Below, one piece after another: positions 54,324 to 64,000 of a stretch of DNA of 64,000 bases. The translations under genes were made by a program, and so were the position numbers. The stretch is from assembly GCA_964016885.1 (NCBI GenBank), contig OZ024752.1, positions 4,464,001 to 4,528,000 on the forward strand, read 5' to 3'. How positions within the stretch are numbered: the stretch's first letter is position 1; every line of letters starts with the position of its first letter. The DNA is from Eledone cirrhosa (lineage: Eukaryota). The notes under the pieces were generated by a model that was not told the DNA's origin, made no database searches, and saw only the letters and a list, made by a program, of their open reading frames with translations.

Positions 54324-54666
54324 ATAGGAACGAGTAGGACCCCGACGGCTGAGCTCAAGCCGTTTCGACAGCTAATTCTGAGTCCAGAATTAGCCGTCAA
54401 AACGGCTTGAGCTCAGCCGTCGGGGTCCTACTCGTTCCTATTACCCACTCTACTACCCTAAGTATTGAGTACTTTGGTGCGTTATGGTCCACCTGGTTTC
54501 TTACCACATTTACTTCGTTACACGTGCTTTCCACCACATATTTACACCCTCAGCCTCCTGACCCCCCCCCCTCTATCCACACACGCACAGACACTCCGAC
54601 CCCCCCCACACACACACACACCTCTTCCTGAACATGCAACCCCGTTCTTCCCCCAACCCTTACTTT

Positions 54667-54699
<33 letters not shown>

Positions 54700-55070
54700 C
54701 ACCTTCAGCCCTCCCCGCTCGGACACCCCGTCTCCCTCTCCCCACTCCACCCGCCACCACCCCTACACACCCCACACCCTTCCACCACCTGTTTACCCCC
54801 CTTTTAATTTCAGTTTATTTTGATCATGCTTTATTTTTAAATTTATCTTTATTTTTTATTTTTTCATTCGCACCGTTTCCTTTCGCTATATGTCTCTCCA
54901 CCACTCCCCTACACACCCTTTGAACTCTGTTCCCACACACTTCCCACCTGAGGAAGGGTTTATGCCCGAAACGTCATCCCCCACCAACACCCCACTCTCC
55001 AGAGCGTGAAATTAATAAACATTCGTTGTACTGCCTCTCTGTTTTGTCCCTGTTCAAATTTTTCCATCCT
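54324..55070 (+). mobile_element. Longest copy of the Penelope-like non-autonomous element (5' fold-back, C-rich body, 3' hammerhead-like motif, AATAAA)
   Basis: First 190 bp match 38881-39086; (TA)n on both sides. Confidence 0.65.
54948..54976 (+). ncRNA. Minimal hammerhead-like core, stem I not evident
   Basis: CTGAGGA-aggg tttatg ccc-GAAA-CGTC, the layout of Penelope pLTR minimal hammerheads; AATAAA at about 55014. Confidence 0.55.
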
Positions 55071-55231
55071 ATATATATATATATATATATATGTAAAGTT
55101 ATATTTAAAATTGTTGGGTTACAACTAGTAAATATTTATAACTGATATAAAAGCACTCGACAAATACTTGGAGTATATTTACAATATTAAATAAATGGAA
55201 AACTATAAATATAGTTTTCCATTTATTTAAT

Positions 55232-55280
<49 letters not shown>

Positions 55281-55654
55281 TGATGTGTGTGTGTGTGTAT
55301 ACATGCACACAAATGCAAATGTGAGTGTGCATATGGCCATATGTATATGTGTGTATATATATATATGACCATTTTCTATGCTGGCAGTGGGTGGATATGG
55401 AGAGGTCATTATGGACAAAATCTGAACTCAATCAGTGCTACTGTCTCTCTAGACAAATTGGGAGACCATGTCTTCCGTATATGCTCCATATATATGTACA
55501 CACATACACACACATACATATATCAGGATTAAACCAGTTAGATCATTATTCAACCAAGTACTCGTTACTTGGGATGGTAGTGACTTTTTCTAATATATAT
55601 ATATATATCATAATTCTTGTACTCATATTTGTTTTGGCATTAATACACTGTTTG

Positions 55655-56030
55655 GACACCAGCACCACTTTACAGCATAGACTGGGTGCTTTCATTTGTG
55701 CCACCAGCACTAGAGTGGTTGTCTTACTGGACTCAGGGGCCCTCTCCACCCCCTCCATTTTACAGCATGGACCGCGTGCTTTTATTCGTGCTACCAGCAC
55801 TAGGGAAGTTGTCTTACTAGACTTAGGGGACTTCTCTACTCTACACCAATTTATTCGGAGAAGTAGCTCTCCTAGACAAGTTACTATAAATGAGGTTGGT
55901 GTTAGAAACCAAGCCCAAACCAGTTCTGTATGTGCAAGACATGGTCACCTGACTTAGTATTGCCCACAACTGGACAACTTGTCTAACCCATGCTGGCGTG
56001 GAAAAATTGACGTCAAACAGTGATGATGAT
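55655..56030 (+). mobile_element. SINE 3' half with duplicated internal unit
   Basis: Two ttacagcat..gtgct..ccagcactag units followed by an RTE-type tail aacccatgctggcgtggaaaa. Confidence 0.6.
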
Positions 56031-56221
56031 ATAAATAAAACACCAGGATCTGATTGGATATCCCATCCCTCGCTGCTCAAAATCCTGCCATCTGCACTAA
56101 ATATGGTTTGATGTGTAAATCAGCAACTGGACTAAAGTGTTGTTTAAGGCATAACCACAAAAACTTGATCTGAGAAGACTGTTGAACCCTCATACAACAA
56201 TACACATTAGGAGAGTCCATC

Positions 56222-56255
<34 letters not shown>

Positions 56256-56578
56256 ACTCATTATCATCATCATTTCATGTCCTCATTCCACATTGCCAGG
56301 GGTTAAATGGTCTGCATGACCCATTACCAAATGGTTTGGAATGACCAAACTTAAATATTTTATTCCATATTTGGCATGGTTTCTATAACTGGATGCCCTT
56401 CTTCACACCAAGCAACTTATAGGATGTGCTGGGTATGATTTTCATGATACCAATGCCAGTGTGCTTTTTGTGACACCAGCACTAACACTTTACAGAGTGG
56501 GCTGCATGTATTTCATTATGGTACCAACTCTAACACTTGACATTATATTGAGAGTATATATTAAATGTCAAATTAGAA

Positions 56579-56767
56579 GGGCGGTGGATTGGCAGTATCG
56601 GTAGAGGGTTGGACGCCATGCTTTGATGCATAGAGTTACGGCCCTTGCTATTCTGAGTTCAAATCCCGCCAAGGTTAACTTTGCCTTTCATCCTTACAGG
56701 GTCGATAAAATAAAGTACCAGTAATGCACTGGGTATTTCTGGCCTTGTGCCAAAAGTAGAAACAATT
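56579..56767 (+). mobile_element. Meta-like SINE
   Basis: Full copy; TSD-like atgtcaRattaga flanks. Confidence 0.87.
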
Positions 56768-57246
56768 ATATGTCAGATTAGAGATCTTATAACCAGAAAG
56801 ACCTGATAGTAGTATTCATGTAAAATAGTAGAATTGTACATTTTGGGGTTATTTGTGACAACCCCAGCAATCGTACATGGTGAAGAGGTGATTATATTTT
56901 GACATCCTGCAAAAAAAGAAAAACAAAACCTATGAAAGTGTGGATGAACTCAAGAGAGTCAAGGGCCACCTAATAGTGTGTGCACATATATATGTAGCTG
57001 CACATATATATGTAGCTGCACATATATATGTGCATTTATGTGTATGTTAAAGCATATGGGTGAAGGTTGACATGAAACCTGTGGTGTTTGTTGTGTATGG
57101 CCATCTTAGTTTTTTTTATTTGTTGCTAGTTATATGACTTGTAATATTCAGAGAGTGACATTCATGTAACACAAACATTTGTCACTATAACTTAATCTGC
57201 TGATACTCTTTCTTCCTCACTTATTCAGTCATGTGGCAAAAAATAA

Positions 57247-57433
57247 TTGTTTCTATGTTAGGCACAAGGCCAGTAAATTATCCAGTGTATTACTGGTACT
57301 TTATTTTATCGACCCCGTAAGGATGAAAGGCAAAGTTAACCTCGGCGGGATTTGAACTCAGAATGGCAAGGGCTGTAACTCTATGCGTCAAAGCATGGCG
57401 TCCGACCCTCTACCAATACTGCCAATCCACCTC
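57247..57433 (-). mobile_element. Meta-like SINE with 17-bp TSD
   Basis: catgtggcaaaaaataa at 57230-57246 and 57434-57450. Confidence 0.88.
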
Positions 57434-57597
57434 CATGTGGCAAAAAATAATGGTTTCTAATTTAGGCACTCAAATTTTAGGAAAGGGGAAAGCTGCTAAA
57501 ATTGACCCACATATATTTAAATTAAAAATCTCAGTTTATTGAATGTACAGTAAGTTGTGCATTAGAAAAATGGAAGTACAATAATGACCATATATTT

Positions 57598-57887
57598 CAT
57601 CATCATCATCATCATCATCATTTTACGTCCGCTTTTCCCTGCTTGCAAGGGTGGGTGGGGAACTGATTCTGGCTTGATTTCTACAGCTGGATGCCCTTCC
57701 TAACACCAACCTCATTTACAGTGAGTGCTGGGTGCTTTTTTGCCGTGGCACCTCCACGACCACTTTACAGTGGAATGATAGGGACCCCAGTCCCGATCAT
57801 CTCATTTCTACAGTGAGTAAACTGGAGCAATGTGAAATAAAGTGTCTTGCTCAAGGAAACAACACCTCACCCAGTCTGAGAATTGAA
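57598..57887 (-). mobile_element. CORE-like SINE with RTE-B type tail, 5'-truncated
   Basis: Reverse complement of the 19278-19640 type. Confidence 0.82.
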
Positions 57888-57984
57888 ATATATATATATA
57901 TCAAGCGTGAACCTAATATATAAAATATTGAACTTAAGCCCAAATCACACTTTGTGGGGATATAAGTCAAATATATATATATTT

Positions 57985-58323
57985 CTTGAGGCCCCCATCG
58001 GACACTAATGACCATGGTTTGCACTTAGAAAGTTTCCTTCTGAAGCACAAGTTTGGGCAAGGTTTGTATATAGAAGACCAGTAGTTGCCCATGTATACCA
58101 CTCTCCCCTCTCCACACCACCAATGTTGCCCAAGGGAAAGGCAATGGCTGATACAGCTTGACACCAGTAACATTGCAGCTCATTTCTACAGCTGAGTAAA
58201 CTGGAGCAACGTGAAATAAAATGTCTTGCTCAACGTCACAATGCATCACCCAGACCGAAAATCGAACTCACAACCTCTCAATTGCAAGCTCAACTATCTA
58301 ATCAGTAAGCCACGCACTTTCAC
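57985..58323 (-). mobile_element. CORE-like SINE, another tail type
   Basis: Head and core at 58180-58323; distinct 3' body. Confidence 0.72.
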
Positions 58324-58555
58324 CCCCCCCCCCCCCTTCACACACACACATACGCACACATATATATATATATACATATATACATATATGCCAATTTAGT
58401 TATCTATACACAGACAGTATAATATAGTAAAACAATGATGTGTGTGTGTATATACATCTGTGTATCTATTATCTACACACAACATATATTAATGCAGTAC
58501 AATTTAATAACCACAGTTGTAACTCTGAGAAATATCACATTTATTATATATGTAC

Positions 58556-58590
<35 letters not shown>

Positions 58591-58948
58591 AAATGGAAAG
58601 TTAAAAAAGTAAAAGAAAACATTTAGAAATCAAGAAAATAATTTTAATTAACATCTTAATGTGTGCACATTGATATTAAATAAGCTTTCAGGCATATTGC
58701 TGTTCTCTGTAACAACTTAATTAGAATATTGCAATCAAAGACTCTGTCTGTCTTCAATTGCAATGACACACGCCAACAACATACATGTTTAGCCAGAAAT
58801 TCTCATATCCTACGTGAAATTTCTAAATCTAAAATTTTTATTTGATAAGAGACAGATAGGATTCCTGCTTTACTTTCCCTCTCATTTGTCTTCTTATTTT
58901 GAATTATGTATGTTTTTATATATATATATATTATATACACACTCACAC

Positions 58949-59350
58949 ATCATCATCATCATCATCATCATCGTCGTTTAACGTCCATCTTCCACACTTG
59001 CATGGGTTTGGACGGGAATTTTCCCACTTGAGGCAAGAGTGGTTGTCTTGCTCGCATAGGACTGTCTGGTGGGTTTTCTACGGCTGGATGCCCTTCCTAA
59101 CACCAACCGCGTTTACAGTGTGGACTGGGAGGTTTTTACCGTATTACCTACACGGCCACATTACAGCGTAGACTGTGTGTTTTTTTTTGTCGTGACACCT
59201 ACACGACCTCATTTGTTTTGGACTGGATGTTGTGGTACCAACATAACTTCACATTTAAGGGGGTGGGGGTAGTGGGATAGGGGTGTATTTTTGTTAGGGG
59301 TGCCTACTGACTGTAGGTTTCGCTTTGTACTTAGGCAAGGCGGGTCTTCT
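58949..59350 (-). mobile_element. RTE family A 3' UTR copy
   Basis: Same UTR with a (CAT)n tail on the + strand; 5' end abuts (TA)n. Confidence 0.85.
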
Positions 59351-59552
59351 GTATATATATATAAAGGATAAAGATCCCATAACTCTTTGTGGAGTCATAG
59401 AACCACCATCATATGGTCTGCCTAGGGTACATTTTGACCCAGCAGAGCCCATCCCTCTCTCTATATATGTATGATAAACTTTTACCTGTATAAATACAGA
59501 ATGTAACTCAGACTGCAATAACGTGTATATACCATATATATATATAATGTCA

Positions 59553-59830
59553 TGGACACTGCAGAGGATGGTTGCGGAGTGGTGGTGCCGTCTGGCTGGC
59601 CACATTGTGCGCCTACCCAATGAACGACACTCGAAAACAGCAATGGACTGGACTCCACCTGGCGGCAAATGGAGATAAAGTTGCCCCAGAATCAACTGGC
59701 GACGAATGTTCCAAAAAGACCTGATTGCAGCCAACAACACTTGGCACAGGCGCGAAAAAGTCGCCGCTGATCATGAAAGTTGGCGAGTGCTTACTGCTCG
59801 ATGTGCCGAATGGCGCGGAAGATATCATGT
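59553..59830 (+). pseudogene. RTE LINE C-terminal fragment (another family)
   Basis: Hand translation gives RLAGHIVRLPNERHSKTAMDWTPPGG..PRINWRRMFQKDL..AADHESWR. Confidence 0.75.
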
Positions 59831-60265
59831 ATAATGTGTGAAGACATATAGCTTACTGCCTAGGCTGTTTGACTCCTGATTATATGCTATTGAGTTTGAT
59901 TCTTGGCAGTGTATTGTGTCTTTTATTCCATGTTGCCCTCGCTAGCAAAAATTAGTTGTATCTTTAATTCAATAGACCAGCCTTGTTACAGACTGTGTCA
60001 GGCTGAATATTCCTGAGAAGTATCTTAATGGCACATACATGCATGTGTGTGTGGACATATACTTATAACTTCTTTTTTCAGTTAGCTTTTCCATGCTGGC
60101 ATGGCATAAGCAGGAACTTGTTGAGGCAGGGTTTTATAGTTGAAAGCTCTTTCTAACACTTACCATTTTAGTTCCCTCATACAAGATGCAGGCAGGGATA
60201 TGGTGTTTTTATACTAAAACCCAGGATATACATAATACATATGGTGATTGTGGTGATGGTGATGG

Positions 60266-60304
<39 letters not shown>

Positions 60305-60449
60305 GTTTTACGTAGATAAAATGCGCACAGTACACTCTGTAATATGGTTGGCTTTGGAAAGGACATCCAGTCATAGAAACCATATATATATACATATATA
60401 TATACACCTATACATATATATATATATATATATATACATATATAGTAGA

Positions 60450-60981
60450 ATAATCGAGTATCGGAAAATCAGCTCACGAGTTTACGATAAACAAATCCGA
60501 CATGAGTGGCAGAGGGCTCAATAATTCAGATAAATCAGAGCTATAACTATCGTTAAAATACCAACACACAAAGATTATGCCTAAAATCACCCATGCGGCC
60601 GAAAAATAACGACCAGGAAGATTCGGGTCACTCAGATAAAATATCAATAAATCAATAATTCATATGAATGTAAAAAACTTACCCGGACCCACTAGAAAGA
60701 TGGTAAATCTAGCTTCTTGGGTTTCTGCAATTCCTTAATCCACCCCCCTATCAGCCCACATAAAAAAATATATAAGACTTCTAGAGAGCGGATGGACCGG
60801 AACACTTTATCAACGGGTCTTGTCCAAACGAATAAAGAAGCTAACCCTAGCTGAGACGCACATGGAGTCCAGCAAGGGAGATAACCACTATATCCGCGAA
60901 AGATTTTCGGTAATGTGGGAAACCACATATCGAATAAGAGTGCTCAATAGACATGTTATATATATATATATATATATACAC

Positions 60982-61048
<67 letters not shown>

Positions 61049-61140
61049 TATACATATCGTTTTTTTCGTTGTTCTGGTCCTAGCGGCTCGCTTTTCGGTC
61101 GCTGGTTTCAATTTGCATAGCTGTCTAAACGTAATCATTA
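60450..61140. promoter_or_regulatory. CpG-enriched promoter/first-exon-like region with strong minus-strand donor
   Basis: Many CpGs in non-repeat sequence; CCGG|gtaagt on - at 60682-60677. Confidence 0.4.
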
Positions 61141-61414
61141 TCAGTCCACTGTAAATGTGGTTGCTGTTAAGGACATCCAGTGATAGAAGCCATGCCAGAA
61201 ACAGTTCTATATGAGCAAGATACAGTCGTCTTAATTGACTTATCTCACAATGGGATAACTTGTTTAGCCCATGCTAGCAGTGAAAAAATCGACTTTAAAC
61301 AGTGTTGATGATGATGATATGTGGCAATAACTGTCTCTCCAATTAGTCCTATGCTACACTGCTCTTATACATGTTCTGCTTATTGTTTTCACCTCTCTAT
61401 CTCATCCTCTCCTT

Positions 61415-61588
61415 GGGTTGTACATTTTTTCGGGGTGTGTACAACCCCTGTGTAACACCTCCCCTCTGTTGGGTATATCAATTGTTATTTGTTAATTTAT
61501 TAATAGTTTTATTTTCATATACCTGTATGTAAACTCCCCATTTGTATTTGTCCCCTTCTTTTGTGCCCTTGTGGCTAATAAAGAAATT
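61415..61588 (+). mobile_element. 5'-truncated Tx1-family 3' UTR insertion with 17-bp TSD
   Basis: Matches the 26248-26457 UTR (gggttgtaca..tgtacaaccc hairpin, cccatttgtatttgtccc, aataaagaaa). TSD tatctcatcctctcctt at 61398-61414 and 61589-61605. Confidence 0.75.
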
Positions 61589-61842
61589 TATCTCATCCTC
61601 TCCTTTCCCTGACTCTATGACCCTGTATCTCCTAGTCTCTGTACCTGTACACAACTTTCTCTACCTGTTGTTATTTGTTTTGGCTACATAACACACCCAT
61701 CTTCATTTTCTCTTCTTAATATGTTATATGATGTCTTCTATTTTCTCTTTCTATCTTCTCCATTGACAAGGTTTTCTCTTCTTAGTGATACTTTAACATT
61801 CATCTTGCCATTCTTCTTTGTGTTGTTTTGAGGTTCTTTTCT

Positions 61843-61999
61843 TGAGCGTCAGATGCCATGCTTAATTATGGCCCTTTACGTTCTGAGTCAAATCCCGCCG
61901 AGGTTAACTTTGCCTTTCATTCTTACAGGGTTGATAAAATAAAGTACCAGTAATACACTGGGATAATTGCTGGCCTTGTGCCAAAAGTAGAAACAATTA
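61843..61999 (+). mobile_element. Meta-like SINE
   Basis: Consensus motifs. Confidence 0.82.
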
Positions 62000-62017
62000 T
62001 TTGAACATATTGATCCA

Positions 62018-62277
62018 AGTGGGCCTGCCTTAAGTATATGTATGGAATGGGACACTAGCACTAAGGGTCATGGTGACCATAGCTTTTTGAGGGCTTTCTC
62101 CATGAGTAACGTTCGGTCTACCCATTTTTAGTGAATTTATGTTAGATTCTTTTCAATGTTTATTTTCTTAGTTTCTGTTATAAATTTTATTTTACACAAA
62201 AAACCCTACACTGTACCATTCTGTTCTGTATTTAATGTTTTCTTAATGTGAACCCTGTGAGGCTAATAAAGAAATCA
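62018..62277 (+). mobile_element. Old Tx1-family 3' end remnant
   Basis: Ends ccctgtgaggctaataaagaaat, like the other Tx1 3' ends. Confidence 0.5.
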
Positions 62278-62369
62278 TTATATGAACCGTCTAACCCATG
62301 CTAGTGTGGAAGATGGACGTTAAATGATGATGATGATGATGAACATAACAGTTATCTATACGCATGCAT

Positions 62370-63080
62370 ACCATTATACTATATTTTATGTGTTATATAT
62401 ATATACCATTATAGTTATATACATACCATTATACTATATTTTATGTGTTATATATACATACCATTATAGTTATATACATACCATTATACTATATTTTATG
62501 TGTTATATATACATACCATTATACTATATTTTATGTGTTATATATACATACCATTATAGTTATATACATACCATTATACTATATTTTATGTGTTATATAT
62601 ATATACCATTATACTATATTTTATGATAGTTATATATATATTCCAGCATAGTTACGTCCCTTTACGATCTGAGTTCAAATCCCGCTGAGGTTGACTTTGC
62701 CTTTCATCCTTACGGGGTCAATAAAATAAAGTACCAGTAATGCACTGGGTGATTGCTGGCCTTGTGCCTAAAGTAGAAACAATTATAGTTATATACATAC
62801 CATTATACTATATTTTATGAGTTATATATATATACCATTATAGTTATATACATACCATTATACTATATTTTATGAGTTATATATATATACCATTATAGTT
62901 ATATACATACCATTATACTATATTTTATGAGTTATATACATGCATACCATTAATCCATTATAGTTATATCATTATATGATAGTTATATACATACCATTAT
63001 ACTATATTTTATGATAGTTATATATACCATTATAGTTATATACATGTCTGCCATTATACTATATTATATGATGGTTATAT
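62370..63080. repeat. AT-rich minisatellite (ccattatactatattttatg.. / ccattatagttatatacata)
   Basis: Alternating subunits, interrupted by a SINE. Confidence 0.88.
62641..62784 (+). mobile_element. Meta-like SINE inserted in a minisatellite
   Basis: Consensus motifs. Confidence 0.82.
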
Positions 63081-63195
63081 AACAAACATGCATATACTGA
63101 TAACTAAAATGCAATTATTTTTTTTATCTTGTAGGTATCAGTCAGATTTTGAAGTAACTATCCTGGAGACCCCCCCTTGCAACCAATGAGGAAAA

Positions 63196-63262
63196 ATGCG
63201 TACCAGCACATGGCTTTTATGTGGGAGTATTATGATTGGCTTATTCGTCCAGATTAGCTCAG
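63196..63262 (+). CDS. Probable first coding exon of a secreted/membrane protein (signal peptide MRTSTWLLCGSIMIGLFVQISS, phase-1 intron); exon 63135-63262
   Basis: Acceptor tttttttatcttgtag at 63134, donor CAG|gtaagt at 63263, aaaaATG context, basic-hydrophobic-small residue pattern. Confidence 0.65.
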
Positions 63263-63372
63263 GTAAGTCTTGAAATTTAATCTCCCTCATTCACCCTCTG
63301 TTTCTTTAATCTGTGATATGAAATAATGCACTCCTATTTATTTGATCAGTTCATCAAGAACACGTTTTCAGG

Positions 63373-63552
63373 GCCATTTTCTCCACTAATGGAACAGTTG
63401 GCCTTGGGACCTTTCTGAGGCTTAGCTCAGCTGAGCCACTTTCTCCACTAATGGAGCATTTAGCCGTGAGACCCTTCTGAGGCTTAGCTCAACAGCCATT
63501 TTCTCCACTAATAAAACAGTTAGCTTTGAGACCCTTCTGAGGCTTAGCTTAG
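63373..63552. repeat. Three copies of an about 60-bp unit
   Basis: gccattttctccactaat..ccttctgaggcttagct x3. Confidence 0.85.
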
Positions 63553-64000
63553 GTAACCCCTTTTTTTTTCTTTTAGTTTTTCAATCATGAGAATGTACAC
63601 TTTCCACAATGTACCTTACAATATTTCAAAACTCCTCATGGAAACCCTAAATTATATTTTCAATCAGATTACCCATGATCATAATATATCCACTGAACTC
63701 ATAATTCACCCGAACCCACAACTCATCTGCTATGTTTTCTTTTTTTAATTATGTATAGTCACTGATACATTTTCATTGGGATCTCACATTCTTTGCATAG
63801 AGTTAACAAAAAAAAAGAAAAAGAATCAGCGTGGAGCGATCATGATCATCCCATAATTTTCCATATATGGAGTAGAACATTCCACGGTAGAAGCACGTAG
63901 TTGTGGAGCAAACTTTTTAACTACACAGCCTACACTAGTTAATGAAATATTACAGTACTGGTCAGTATTGGTCAGGGCCAGACTTTCTTTATGTATATAT

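Overview
AT-rich eukaryotic genomic DNA dominated by (TA)n/(CA)n/(CAT)n microsatellites, minisatellites and interspersed repeats. The repeat types (tRNA-headed CORE-like and Meta-like SINEs, RTE LINEs with (GAT)n tails) suggest an octopus or other coleoid cephalopod; this is inference. Most ORF-track entries are translations of simple repeats. Real coding content is mostly retroelement: a near-intact L1/Tx1-type ORF2 (22760-26197, one stop), a Tx1 fragment and fragments of several RTE families. There are also piggyBac-like (TTAA) and Tc1-like MITEs and a Helitron end. Host-gene evidence is sparse: a probable signal-peptide exon (+, 63135-63262), a CpG-rich promoter-like patch near 60.5-61.1 kb and a few candidate minus-strand exons. 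Most notable are Penelope-like, hammerhead-ribozyme-bearing short elements sitting in or beside microsatellites (mostly (TA)n). One is a complete minimal hammerhead (31984-32030). Four are palindromic insertions whose fold-back centre lies at the predicted hammerhead stem II. Also notable: a twin-primed RTE with a TSD and SINEs that swap tails with different RTE LINEs.
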